This document shows, one piece after another, positions 17,850 through 27,975 of a DNA stretch of 32,000 nt. How positions within the stretch are numbered: position 1 is the first letter of the stretch; each line of letters opens with the position of its first letter. This stretch comes from an uncultured Gemmataceae bacterium (GTDB lineage: Bacteria > Planctomycetota > Planctomycetia > Gemmatales > Gemmataceae), in contig CAWDRY010000038.1 in assembly GCA_963804745.1 (NCBI GenBank), positions 56,047-88,046 on the forward strand, read 5' to 3'. The notes under the pieces were generated by a model. The model had not been told where the DNA came from, made no database searches, and saw nothing but the letters and a program-made list of their open reading frames with translations. Position numbers and translations under genes: made by a program.

Positions 17850-19177
17850 TCATTTCTTCGGCAGACCTTGACGCCAGGGATGGTCAGGGCCAGGGCGATA
17901 CGAGCCCGAGGGGCCAGGGAGCGGTGCGGCGGCCGGAGCGCAGGGCGAGCGCAGCGAGCCCGGAGCGGAGGCCGCCGCACCGCTCCCTGGCCGAGGCTCG
18001 TCTCGCGGTTCTGCATTCGCCACGATCTCGTGGTAAGCTAGGTAACGTTCCCCAAAGCGAATCGCCATCGTCCTGTCACGACGCTCCTCAATAATCACCC
18101 GGCCATACCCGCAAGCCCGGCAGCGCCGGCTTGTGCAGTTGATACCAGCGGTTGTGCAAACGAATCGTGTAGTCGTTGGTCACCACGCGTTTCGTCTGCA
18201 CGCTCAGAATGGCCGGCAAGAAATACTGCCGTCCCAAGGCGCGGTGGGCATCCAAGCCATCAGCCGCTGGTACTGCAAAACGCCGGTTGTATTCCGGAAC
18301 CAGCGTGTGGCGAACGAACTCGTTCGCTGCTGCTCGGGTCGTCACCTTGGCCAAACGCATCTCCTTCACCCAGCGATCCTGGGCTACTTCAAAAAAGCCT
18401 CGATCCGTCCCTTGGCCTGCGGGCTGTGGGCCAGGATCAATTCGATGTCCAGCTCCCCATGGCCCGGCCAAACTGCGTCAGTCCTGCGGCGGCTTGTCCC
18501 TTACTTTGCCACTGAAAAACGCTGTCTCTGTCCGTGTAAAACGCCCACGGCCGGCCTTGGCGCCGCAGCCAGCGTTCCGTCATGTCCATGTACGCTTCGA
18601 CCGTTTCACCTTCGTAATACCCTGCGTCGATCCGACTCGTGGCATCGTCGATCAGCGCCACCAAAACCATCTCTTCACCACGCCCTTCCAGCCAGTCGTG
18701 CAGCAAGGTGTCCATCTGAATCAACTCGCCAAAACAACGCCGGCGCGGCCGCCGACTCCGATGCACGTCACGCCGCCGCTTGCGCCTCCATAGCCCCTCC
18801 GCCAGCAGCCATTGCCGTAAGGTCTCGACCGACACCTGCAGCCCCTGCGCCGCCAACTTTTCGCTCGCCAGCGTCGGCCCGAAGTCCGCGTAACACTTTT
18901 GATAGGTCTTCAGCACCTTGCCGCGAAGCTCCTCGTCCAGTCGCCGGTTGGACAGTCGGCCGCGCAGCCCATGCACCAAGGCCTGGTCGCCTTCCTCCTC
19001 CAAGCGTAGTGCCAAGCGGCGCACATGCCGCGCTGTCAGATCCAACAGCCGCGCCGCCTCGGCTTGGCTCGCCTTGCCATCCACGACTGTTTGCAAAACT
19101 TTCAAAACATCGCGCTCACGCTGACTCATAGTAATCCGGTCTTCGAACCCTTTCATGAGAACTGCCCTCCTTGACAC
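17850..19177 (-). pseudogene. ISNCY-type transposase (HTH + rve/DDE core) with two frame changes
   Basis: Three pieces in three frames: MSQRERDVLKVLQTVVDGKASQAEAARLLDLTARHVRRL.., ELIQMDTLLHDW..VALIDDATS..FYTDRDSVF (ORF 18437..19177); ..FFEVAQDRWVKEMRLAKV..TNDYTIRLHNRWYQL (ORF 18088..18471); ..IIEERRDRTMAIRFGERYLAYHEI (ORF 17850..18098). Confidence 0.8.
17914..17990. repeat. perfect 21-bp GC-rich inverted repeat (35-nt loop) inside the 3' end of the transposase ORF
   Basis: CCAGGGAGCGGTGCGGCGGCC (17914-17934) is the exact reverse complement of GGCCGCCGCACCGCTCCCTGG (17970-17990). Confidence 0.9.
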
Positions 19178-19238
19178 GATTTGCCAAAGAGGACATTTCT
19201 ACCTTGTTAAGACCGGACATTTCTATTTTGGTTTGACA

Positions 19239-19254
19239 GTTCAAAGCCCGGCGT
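19239..19254. repeat. right copy of target-site duplication of the IS
   Basis: GTTCAAAGCCCGGCGT is identical to 17770-17785. Confidence 0.8.
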
Positions 19255-19380
19255 TTTGCCCGCTCGCGCCATATTCTAATTATCACGCGGGTATATTGCG
19301 GCCCAGTAAGCCGGCGACAGCGACCCAGCCCGAGCCAAAATGAACAACCCGCAGGACACTAGAAAGCACGAGGTCAATCC

Positions 19381-20946
19381 ATGTCCACAAACGCAATCAC
19401 CACCCAACCGACACTCCACATCGGCCGCCCCATCGGTCCCTGCGTCATGGTAACCTTCGGCGCATCGGGCGACCTAACGAAACGCAAGCTCCTGCCGGCG
19501 ATCTTCAACCTTGCTCACCAAAAACTGCTGCCGGAAGAGTTCGCCTTCGTCGGCTCAGCACGACGGGGGCTGACCAACGAGAGTTTCCGTCAAACCGCCC
19601 ATCAGGACTTGCAACAATTCGCATCATGTCCCGTGGAGACGGAGCTGTGGAACTGGTTCCAGCGCCGCCTCTATTACCTTCCCGGCGACTCGCAAGACGC
19701 TGGCTTCTACGAAAAACTGAAGCAACTGCTGAACAGGATCGACAAGGAGCACAAGACGGGCGGGAACTACTTCTTCTATCTGGCCACGGCTCCGGACCTG
19801 TTTGCACCCATCATTCAGCAACTAGGCAAGGCGGGACTCACCCAGGAAGAGAACGGCCATTGGCGGCGCGTCATCGTCGAGAAGCCTTTCGGCACCGATC
19901 TGGAATCGGCACGGCAGCTCAATCGCGACATCAGCGCGGTCCTCAATGAGAGCCAGGTTTACCGGATCGATCATTACCTCGGCAAGGAAACGGTGCAGAA
20001 CATCCTCGTCTTCCGGTTCGCCAACGGCATCTTCGAGCCGATCTGGAACCGGCGTTACGTGGATCACGTGCAGATCACCGTCGCGGAGGAACTCGGCGTC
20101 GAACAGCGCGGCAGTTACTTTGACAAATCCGGGGCGCTGCGCGACATGGTGCCGAACCACCTGTTTCAACTGCTGGCGCTGACTGCGATGGAGCCGCCCA
20201 TCTCGTTCGAGGCCGACAGCGTCCGCGACGAGCAGGCCAAGGTGCTGCATGCGCTGAAACCGATGACCACGGAAGATGTGGCCATGCGTGCCGTGCGCGG
20301 GCAGTACGGCGCGGGAACGATTCATGGCCAGCGCGTACCCGGTTATCGCGCGGAAGCCAACGTGGCGTCGAATTCCTGCACGGAAACGTTCGTCGCTCTC
20401 AAGCTCCTCATCGACAACTGGCGCTGGGCCGATGTGCCTTTCTATCTGCGGACCGGGAAGCGCCTGCCCCGGCGTGTCACGGAGATCGCCATTCAGTTCA
20501 AGTGCGCTCCCTTGATGCTGTTTCGGGAAACGGCGGTCGCTTGCGTGAATCCGAACCTGCTGGTCCTGCATATCCAGCCCGAGGAAGGCATCTCGCTGCG
20601 CTTCGAAGCCAAGGTGCCCGGCGCCGTGATGCGACTCGGAGCAGTCAACATGGACTTCCACTACGGCGACTACTTCGGCAACACTCCGAGCACGGGCTAC
20701 GAACGGCTGCTGCGCGACTGCATGATCGGCGACTCGACCTTGTTTCGCCGGGCCGACATGGTCGAGCACGCCTGGGCTACCGTCATGCCGATCCTGGAAG
20801 CGTGGCAGAGGAAGCCGTGTCCGGACATTCCCATGTACGCGGCGGGGACAGCGGGGCCAAGGGAAGCGGATGAGTTGATGCAGCGCGACCGGCGGATGTG
20901 GCGGGGGATAGCAATTGCGGCGGATCAAAAACAAGGGAAGGGGTGA
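19381..20946 (+). CDS. zwf: glucose-6-phosphate dehydrogenase
   Basis: Intact 521-aa ORF. It has the NADP-binding motif [15 protein letters not shown], the active-site nonapeptide RIDHYLGKE, and EKPFG. Confidence 0.95.
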   Translation: MSTNAITTQPTLHIGRPIGPCVMVTFGASGDLTKRKLLPAIFNLAHQKLLPEEFAFVGSARRGLTNESFRQTAHQDLQQFASCPVETELWNWFQRRLYYLPGDSQDAGFYEKLKQLLNRIDKEHKTGGNYFFYLATAPDLFAPIIQQLGKAGLTQEENGHWRRVIVEKPFGTDLESARQLNRDISAVLNESQVYRIDHYLGKETVQNILVFRFANGIFEPIWNRRYVDHVQITVAEELGVEQRGSYFDKSGALRDMVPNHLFQLLALTAMEPPISFEADSVRDEQAKVLHALKPMTTEDVAMRAVRGQYGAGTIHGQRVPGYRAEANVASNSCTETFVALKLLIDNWRWADVPFYLRTGKRLPRRVTEIAIQFKCAPLMLFRETAVACVNPNLLVLHIQPEEGISLRFEAKVPGAVMRLGAVNMDFHYGDYFGNTPSTGYERLLRDCMIGDSTLFRRADMVEHAWATVMPILEAWQRKPCPDIPMYAAGTAGPREADELMQRDRRMWRGIAIAADQKQGKG

Positions 20947-21101
20947 GAAAGTCGGTTGTTATCCGCCTGTCGGCGATTCCATTCGTGATCGGGCCATTGC
21001 CCGGCTTGGTGTTGGCCGGTTTTCTTGTTTCGTGTAGCATGGAGTTGTTGCAGGTCCGTGCCGCCTGGGCAACAATTTGTTCCGCGTAAAAGGAGAATAT
21101 C

Positions 21102-21320
21102 ATGCAATCGCAACCCTCATTGCGCCAAATGACTCGTGATCCGGATGAAACTTCTGATCTGGAAACGCTCATGGCCGAGGTCGTTCCGGACCACGACACA
21201 TGGAAACAGACTCCGAATCCTGTTCTGGGCGGAAAGAAGCCCATCGACCTGATAAACTCGCCACAGGAACAGGTCTTACGTGATCTGCTCCGCGCTGCCA
21301 AGCATGGGATGATGTCGTGA
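21102..21320 (+). CDS. Xre/MbcA/ParS-like antitoxin (DUF2384-type C-terminal toxin-binding domain)
   Basis: 72 aa. W..TPNPVLGGKKPIDLINSPQEQVLRDLLRAAKHG matches the DUF2384 pattern. It overlaps the RES toxin start by 4 nt and is preceded by an AAAGGAGA Shine-Dalgarno. Confidence 0.7.
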   Translation: MQSQPSLRQMTRDPDETSDLETLMAEVVPDHDTWKQTPNPVLGGKKPIDLINSPQEQVLRDLLRAAKHGMMS

Positions 21321-21928
21321 AACTGGCTAATTGCTATCGGCTGGCAAGACGACCGTTCACAGGGACGTGGTACCGAGCGATTAGACCTCAATTTCTGCAA
21401 ACCACACTTGCTTACGCACATACAAGGACGATTCCTGGCCGATTCAACGCTGGTTCAATCCCACGGCCCGGGTTCCCAATTCTTTACCTTGCCGAAGATC
21501 AGGTCGTGGCCCTCTTTGAAGTCTACGCTCTCTTGGGATCACCATTACCAGGACTACCTTTCCTGCCCAATCCGGCCTTACCCTGGGCAGTGATCAATGT
21601 GGACGTACAGTTAAGAAGCGTTGTCAATCTTTGTCGGGAGTCTCAACGCAAGATCGTCCAAACCACTGTTCAGGAGTTGACAGGTGACTGGCGAGGTTAT
21701 CTGCTCCGTAACCCAAGCCCGATGCTGAATCCACCCTATTGGACTCATGTTCCCACGCAGCGACTCGGTGCGGCGTTTCACGCCCTTCGTGGAGTGGAAG
21801 GCTTTCTCACTTACTCAGCAAAGGTTTCCACGCGCCGCAATCTGATCGTGTTCCCGGACAAACTCCGCTCCGGAAGTTTCGTTCGCTACACCGATCCAGC
21901 AACCGGCCAGATCCATTCGATTCCATAA
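21317..21928 (+). CDS. RES-domain toxin (NAD+-targeting family)
   Basis: GTG start. GRFN (Arg), YLAEDQVVALFEV (Glu) and LTYSA (Ser) occur in RES order. The 203-aa size and the pairing with an Xre/ParS antitoxin both fit. Confidence 0.8.
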   Translation: MKLANCYRLARRPFTGTWYRAIRPQFLQTTLAYAHTRTIPGRFNAGSIPRPGFPILYLAEDQVVALFEVYALLGSPLPGLPFLPNPALPWAVINVDVQLRSVVNLCRESQRKIVQTTVQELTGDWRGYLLRNPSPMLNPPYWTHVPTQRLGAAFHALRGVEGFLTYSAKVSTRRNLIVFPDKLRSGSFVRYTDPATGQIHSIP

Positions 21929-22011
21929 TCACAGCAGCCGGCTCATCAGAAAGAAAGTCTTCGGGCGTCTTCGCGAACTTTCGGCGAATGAACCTGGTGA
22001 ACAGCGGCACT

Positions 22012-22031
22012 GAGAAGCAGTACTGCTTCTC
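22012..22031. repeat. perfect 20-bp palindrome
   Basis: GAGAAGCAGTACTGCTTCTC, located 84 nt after the RES stop. Confidence 0.85.
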
Positions 22032-22064
22032 TTGAACCGTTGCCGTTTTTGCCGGTAAAAAAGG

Positions 22065-22085
22065 TGCCGGCGACACCGGCATTTT
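22065..22085. terminator. candidate bidirectional intrinsic terminator
   Basis: AAAAAAGG-TGCCGG-cgaca-CCGGCA-TTTTG: a 6-bp GC stem with an A-run upstream and a T-run downstream. Confidence 0.45.
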
Positions 22086-22424
22086 GACGCATGTTCAAAT
22101 CAGCACACACCTTACAACGTGGCACTTGGTGCCGGTTTACAAAAGTACCGGCAAAGGATAGGTAATGTCCTCATTTGGGCGCCGCATAACTGCCATTGTG
22201 TCAAGTGGTTGTGGCAAGCGAGCCGGGGAATGTCAGGGATTTGGTTTGCAAACGGCGGGGAAAAGGCCGAAAATCGAGAGATATGTGGTGGTTGCCTGGT
22301 GCCGACACAAGAGGAAGGAGAGGCGGGACACTCTGCTCAGTGTGGTGGTGACATGGTACCCGCAAAGACGTAGAATGCGTGGTGGGGAAGAAACGCAGCG
22401 GAATGTCGAGCACGAGGTGAAATC

Positions 22425-22622
22425 ATGGCTAACCCAAGCGTAGCGAATTCAGAACATAGTCTGACGCTGGAGCAACGCCGCCGTTTCCTGAAGTTGCCGC
22501 TGGAGGAACGCCGGCGGCAGATGGCCGAGCAAGCGGCTCAAATGGTGCAACACTACGAGTCGCCTTTTGAGGTCCATGATCGCATGGAATGGCAGGGAGT
22601 CGACATTGTTGAGTGTGCATAG
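22425..22622 (+). CDS. putative antitoxin of the adjacent MazF remnant
   Basis: 65-aa ORF (..LTLEQRRRFLKLPLEERRRQMAEQAAQMVQHYES..) that overlaps the MazF-like GTG start by 8 nt. Confidence 0.5.
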   Translation: MANPSVANSEHSLTLEQRRRFLKLPLEERRRQMAEQAAQMVQHYESPFEVHDRMEWQGVDIVECA

Positions 22623-22826
22623 TTCCCCTCCGAAGCGGGGCGAAGTCTGGAAGGTCAGCTTTGATCCAACGATCGGCACCGAGATTCGCAAGACACGGCC
22701 CGCGTGTTGCAAGCAAGAGGCATGGACACACAACGTTTCGTCCAACGGTTGGGGGCAGTGTCGCCGGATAAGCTGGAAGAAATCTTATTGGCCATCGCCG
22801 CCGTGATCGAATACCCAGACACCTGA
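22615..22826 (+). pseudogene. MazF/PemK toxin remnant with internal deletion
   Basis: The N-terminus PPKRGEVWKVSFDPTIGTEIRKTRPA is the canonical MazF start. The C-terminal DTQRFVQRLGAVSPDKLEEILLAIAAVIEY is found in another frame ending at 22826. The ~55 central residues are missing. Confidence 0.7.
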
Positions 22827-22851
22827 CTGGCTGCTTGCGATCCTGAACGCG

Positions 22852-23217
22852 GTGGAACGGCTGGCGAATGCGTGTTGTTCGGAATGTGACCGTGTTCGGC
22901 AGGACTTGGCCATCGCGGAATCCCAACTTCGCGACTACCAGGCGCGCCTTGGAAAGCCTTTCCTCTATGAGTCCTACCTGGACCAACTCACCGCCCTTCG
23001 GGACCAACTCAAGGCCGGCCTCGCGGGCAGGACTCCGCAGGCAACAAGCGAACCGTTGCCGAGCGTTGCCGAAGTAGCCGAGAGCATCAAGGCTCTTCGG
23101 GCTGCACACACCATTGAGGCAGCTCCGGAGCGCGTCGGCAAAAGCCGTGGCTCCGCAGAGGAGCCGGTCACCGCGCGTATCCGCCGGCGGATGGAGGGGG
23201 TTCTGGAAAACCCGTGA
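22852..23217 (+). CDS. hypothetical coiled-coil protein, possibly a C-terminal gene fragment
   Basis: 121-aa ORF with a GTG start and no recognisable family. It is wedged between two gene remnants. Confidence 0.25.
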   Translation: MERLANACCSECDRVRQDLAIAESQLRDYQARLGKPFLYESYLDQLTALRDQLKAGLAGRTPQATSEPLPSVAEVAESIKALRAAHTIEAAPERVGKSRGSAEEPVTARIRRRMEGVLENP

Positions 23218-23711
23218 CGGGGGTCCGGTCAACTTCATCGGCTTTGTTCTACGCGGATATTCTGAATGTCCCGGTTACCCGCTATTACGTCGAGCTTGCC
23301 GGTGGAGAAATCGGCGGCTTCGACACTCATGGCGGCCAGGCCGACAACCACGCGGCCCTGCTCCATCAATTCTCGGAAGCCGTGGCGGCCTTCATGGACG
23401 ACCTGAAACGCGACAAGCTTGTGGATCGAGTCCTCTTGCTGACGTTCTCGGAGTTCGGCCGGACGGTTCAGGAGAACGGCCGGCGTGGCACCGATCACGG
23501 CTCAGCCGCCCCGATGTTCCTGGTAGGCGGTCGCGTCAAGGGCGGTCTTATCGGCGCTGACCCGAACCTCACCGACCTGGAGAACGGCGGCCAGAAGCAC
23601 CACACCGATTTCCGCCGCGTGTACGCGACCGTGCTCGAGCGCTGGCTCGGTTTCGACAGCCAAGCTGTGCTCGGCGGCCGGTTTGAGCCTGTGGACGTAG
23701 TCCGGGGCTGA
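23214..23711 (+). pseudogene. DUF1501 (sulfatase-like) protein, C-terminal fragment only
   Basis: FDTHGGQ...LLLTFSEFGRTVQENGRRGTDHGSAAPMFLVGGRVKGGLIG...HHTDFRRVYATVLERWLG matches the last ~150 aa of DUF1501 proteins. The N-terminal ~300 aa are absent. Confidence 0.75.
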
Positions 23712-24339
23712 ATTGCAGGGGTGTTGGCAACGGTTTGACGCGGTAAAAGCCGGGGTTTTCGAAAACCGCCCTGGAAAATCAACCCGATTTTGCCCAAAAA
23801 CGCCCAAAACTGCCCACGCCCCCACGGAATCACATCAAAAACATTGGGAATTCATGCGTTTTCGTAGCCACTTATGGCCGCTTCGGAGTTTTTTGCGAGC
23901 TTGCCTGGTTAGACGGATGTTGGTGGTGGATAACGAGTTCGGAAAACTGCGGCGTTGCCAAGTAGGGGGAGATTGGCAACGGTGAATTTTCCGGGCGCTG
24001 CGTCCTTTGACGTATCTGCTGTGCGAATTTGGGTTTGTGCTGTTTTTTGAGCGTGGGTTGGACCCTTTTGTTTACCCTGGTTGTCCGGCAAAAGGGTCAG
24101 ACCTCCGCACCGTAGTGTCGTGATTGGCCTTGGAATTCTTGGAGTTTGATCCGCGTTTGATCCGCGTTCCATCCGTGGCGAAAAATTCGGTAAGAAAACC
24201 GCCGAACGCCGGAACACTTGCCGATTCGCCCGTATAAGTAGGTGGGCGGAGGCCGGTTCACCCTGTCCAACTGCCCTTCGCCTGCCATAATGACAGGATA
24301 TCCCGTGACCCATTCATCCTCGCCGCCGGGAGTACAACC

Positions 24340-26732
24340 ATGATTGCCTTATCCTGTTCGAGTTGTGGTCAGCGGTTATCCATCAAGGTGGAAATGGCAG
24401 GTCGGAAGGGCAAGTGTCCCAAGTGCGGCAAGCCGATCCAGGTTCCCTCTTTGGATCGGTCCGCAGGCGCAGATTGGCCGCCGTCACCGGACGCTCTGGC
24501 AGTCCCGCCGCCGCCGGCCATCCATGTAACCGGGGCGAGCGACTCGGACACGAACGGACCGGAACCCGGCGCCGAGGTAACTCCCGAAGACTATGCCTTT
24601 CTGACCCCAGCCAAGGGACCGGGCGAACTCGGCTGGCTGGGATCGTACCGCGTTCTGAAAGTGCTCGGCGCCGGCGGCATGGGGATCGTTTTCCAGGCGG
24701 AAGATCCGAAGTTGAAGCGTCTGGTGGCCCTCAAGGCCATGCGGCCGGGGCTGACTCTCAGTCCGGCGGCCAAGCAGCGATTCCTGCGCGAGGCCCAGGC
24801 CGCTGCCGCCATCGAACACGATCATATCGTCGGCATCTTTCAGGTGGCGGAAGATCGCGGCGTCCCCTTTCTGGCGATGCCGTTCCTCAAGGGCGAATCA
24901 TTGGATGCCCGGCTGAACCGTGACAGCTCGTTGCCGATGCCGGATGTGCTGCGCATCGGTCGGGAGATTGCCGAGGGATTGGACGCCGCCCACCAGCACG
25001 GCCTCATTCATCGCGACATCAAGCCGGCCAACATCTGGCTCGAAACCAGAGGGCGAGCCGAGCGGCGTCAGCCGCCGGGTGAGTCAGAACCCGGGGGCCG
25101 GGTAAAAATCCTTGATTTCGGCATGGTCAGGACTGCCGACAGCAAGACCCACCTTACCCAAACAGGCGCCATCCTCGGCACACCGGCGTACATGGCTCCC
25201 GAACAAGCGCGCGGCCTGCCGGTTGATGCTCGCTGTGACCTGTTCAGTCTCGGCTGCATGTTGTACCGCATGACGACGGCCACGCTGCCGTTCACGGGCA
25301 CCGATCCGCTTTCGGTACTCATGTCGGTAACGACCGATGATCCTGAACCGCCACGCAAACTGAATCCGGCGGTGCCGGCGGCGCTGTCCGATCTGATCAT
25401 GAAGCTGCTGGCCAAAGACCCAAAGGACCGGCCGGCCTCGGCGCGAGCAGTGGTAGAGGCGATTGAGGCCATCGAGCGCAGACTGGCCAGCGCGGCCGTC
25501 CCGGTGGCCAAGAGCTTGGGTACGTCAGCGGGCTCAAAGACCAGGTTTCTACGCCGTGCCTCTTCGGTACTCGCCCTCGGCGCCGCGACTCCTATGGCTG
25601 CTGCTGGTCGTGCCGGCATTATGGCTTCTGCGCATCGGCATGGGCTATCTACGCCGGCGTCCTCGTTTGCGAATGGGCGTCGTCATCGGCATGTTCTTCC
25701 TGGCACTTGGGTTAGCGGCTTTGGTGGTCATTCGCATCAATACGGACAAGGGTACGGTCGTCATTGAGAGCGACGATCCTGATGTCGAAGTGGTCGTCAA
25801 ACAGGGCGGCAAGCAGATAGAGATCATCGATCTCAAGACGAAGAACAAAATCGAGCTGAAGGGTGGCGAGTACGAGTTCCAGTTGGCAAAGGAAGGAACC
25901 GGTCTGCGTTTGTCCACGGATCGGCTGACACTTATGCGCGGGGACAAGAAGATGGTCAAGATCCGCCGCGCGGAGGGGCTTCCCAAGGAAATCACCAACT
26001 CCATCGGCATGAAACTGGTGCTGATCCCCGCCGGCAAGTTCGTGATGGGCTCGCCCGCTTCCGAGGCGAATCGCCAACCCGACGAGGAACAGCACCAGGT
26101 TGAGATCACGAAGCCATTTTACATGGGCGTGTACACTGTCACGCAGGCAGAATATGAAAAGGTCATGGGCAAGAACCCCAGTTACTTTTCCGCCACTGGT
26201 GGTGGCAAGGATCGCGTGCAGGGCAAGGATACCAGTATGTTCCCGGTGGAACAGGTCTCGTGGTCAGAAGCGGTCGAATTCTGCAGTAAGCTGTCCGAGT
26301 TGCCAGAGGAAAAAGACAAAGGGCGGCAAATACCGCTTGCCCACGGAGGCCGAGTGGGAGTATAGTTGTCGCGCTGGTACGACAACTCGCTTCTACAGCG
26401 GGGACAGTGACGAAAGCCTGGCCGGTGTGGCCAATTTCGCGGGGAGCAAAGTGGGGATGCCAACCCCGGTAGGTCAGTTCAACCCTAATGCTTTCGGACT
26501 GTACGACATGCACGGGAACGTATGGCAATGGTGTGCAGACTGGTTTGAGGTGGATTACTACAAGAAGAGTCCTGGGCAAGATCCGCAAGGGCCGGGCGCC
26601 GGCGCGTTCCGCGTTTTTCGTGGCGGCTCGTTCCACAGCGGTGCCCGCGACTGTCGCTCGGCGTACCGCAACAGTCGCGGGCCTTTGGCCCGCAACGACT
26701 TCTTCGGTTTTCGTGTCGTGTGTGTGCAGTAG
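24340..26732 (+). pseudogene. Ser/Thr protein kinase fused to TM segment and FGE/SUMF1 (formylglycine-generating enzyme-like) domain; two frameshifts
   Basis: An N-terminal zinc ribbon (CSSCGQ..CPKCG) is followed by kinase motifs GAGGMGIVF, VALK, HRDIKPANIW, DFG and TPAYMAPE. Then a frame change near 25550, a TM segment, and IRINTDKGTVVIESDDPDVEVVVKQGG. The SUMF1 motifs are NSIGMKLVLIPAGKFVMGSP, a frame change near 26322, RLPTEAEWEYSCRAG, GLYDMHGNVWQWCADW and RVFRGGSF. Confidence 0.85.
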
Positions 26733-27081
26733 TTTCTGGCCGGGTCTTGTCCTCTGTATTCTCTGTTCTCTGACCTCTGTTACGAAGGACGGCCGTGAGC
26801 GGCGGCAACGGGCAGTAGAATGGCAAGCATCGGGATGGCCGGAGTAGCTACTGGCCGGCTTGCCCGGCATCCTGCGGTTGCATCTCTCCATTTGTCCCGC
26901 AAGCCTTGCCATCAGCAATCGTTGTTGCTAATCTTACATCTCCATAACAGGCCAAACCGTAGGTGAATTGGTTCCTGCCACCAGCGCCACCAGCGCGGGG
27001 TTGAGCCAACCATAGCTCAGGGAAACTCCGCTTTCAAATGAGGCAAAACACTTGCGAGCCGCATGGACATTGCCATCCACG

Positions 27082-27648
27082 CTACCGCACGGACACCACC
27101 AGCTTTTTTGCTTTTTCCAATGGATGTTCTCCGGTGTAGTTCTCGCCCATGAAGACCTCCTTGATTGTGGCATTACGAAGATTTGGGTCTAGCATCTTCT
27201 CATACGCGACCAACACTCGGAATGCATCTCCCTCCTCTCCAGTTATGGCTTCCGCGCCACCAACAATGTGACAGTTGCGGGAGTCAGGGCTAAAAGGAAT
27301 GACGGCATTGTCCTCATCGAAAAAAATGTGCTTGAGTCTTATGGTCGGTTGGGTATTGAGGAGAGTGCTTTGCAATTTCTGCAAATCATACCGGTTTGCA
27401 GCGGAATCGTTCGTCACGGTTGTTTCAAACTCCAGCAAATACTCGAGTTCAATACCACACACCAGACAGCCCTTTTGATGTTCGTAAGGGCGTTCGGTGA
27501 GTTTCAAGGACAACTTTTTCATTTTCAGACCCGGAATCCGGCTGATCCCCCGAATCCCAGTATCATCGTCCACCGTTCCTTTGTCGTTCCCAGCCGTGTC
27601 GGTCGCGGGAACATCGTTCACCTGATCGTTGCTAGCGGTATCGGTCAT
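27082..27648 (-). CDS. hypothetical protein (D/T-rich N-terminus), last gene of a minus-strand cluster
   Basis: Intact 188-aa ORF with no family recognised. Its start lies 38 nt downstream of the T5orf172-like gene. Confidence 0.4.
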   Translation of the reverse strand: MTDTASNDQVNDVPATDTAGNDKGTVDDDTGIRGISRIPGLKMKKLSLKLTERPYEHQKGCLVCGIELEYLLEFETTVTNDSAANRYDLQKLQSTLLNTQPTIRLKHIFFDEDNAVIPFSPDSRNCHIVGGAEAITGEEGDAFRVLVAYEKMLDPNLRNATIKEVFMGENYTGEHPLEKAKKLVVSVR

Positions 27649-27685
27649 GGTCTTTCTCCGAATTTGGCGTGCGTGTTCCTTGTGT

Positions 27686-27928
27686 TCAGAAATGATAAGT
27701 CAGCACTTCTTCGATGATCGCACCCTTGAACCATTCGCCTTCCAGTCTGTGCTGGGCAAACTTGCCGTGGAATGAGAGTTCGTCATCGGGTGTTCCCGGT
27801 ATGATCCCAATAAGAATCAGCTTGTGCGGATTGCCCGTTTGCAAATCAGACAAACGTTGCTCAGGTTTCTTTGAGGAGTAACCGATTTTGATGGCTTGAC
27901 TTACCGTGTCTTTGATGAAGTAAATCAT
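27686..27928 (-). CDS. stand-alone T5orf172 / GIY-YIG-like domain protein
   Basis: MIYFIKD....IKIGYS..PEQRLSDLQTGNPHKL.L.......ELSFHGKFAQHRLEGEWF matches the T5orf172 (MUG113-like) pattern. Confidence 0.6.
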   Translation of the reverse strand: MIYFIKDTVSQAIKIGYSSKKPEQRLSDLQTGNPHKLILIGIIPGTPDDELSFHGKFAQHRLEGEWFKGAIIEEVLTYHF

Positions 27929-27975
27929 GGCAATTCTCTCCGAGGATACCTCTCTGGTAGGACACTATCCACGTA

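Larger units (their letters stand above)
17786..19238 (-). mobile_element. ISNCY-like insertion sequence (1453 bp)
   Basis: Terminal inverted repeats are TGTCACACCAAAGTAGAAATGTCC (left) and TGTCAAACCAAAATAGAAATGTCC (right, reverse complement). A second subterminal TAGAAATGTCC copy sits at each end. An internal HTH + DDE/rve transposase gene is present, flanked by a 16-17 bp direct repeat. Confidence 0.85.

Noticed and set aside
24061-24098. 10-bp perfect hairpin GACCCTTTTG-N18-CAAAAGGGTC as a terminator
   Set aside because: No U-tract follows on either strand, and no gene ends nearby (DUF1501 stops at 23711 and the kinase starts at 24340). The structure is real but its function cannot be assigned.
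24140-24182. Short direct repeat TGATCCGCGTT-TGATCCGCGTT followed by CCATCCGTGGCG
   Set aside because: There are only two short units. It resembles small dispersed intergenic repeats I have seen in related phyla, but one window cannot show dispersal. Too little evidence for a feature call.
26934-27173. 79-aa minus-strand ORF downstream of the 188-aa hypothetical gene
   Set aside because: It overlaps the 3' end of ORF 27082..27648, has no ribosome-binding site and contains no recognisable motif. It could be a fragment, but nothing supports calling it.
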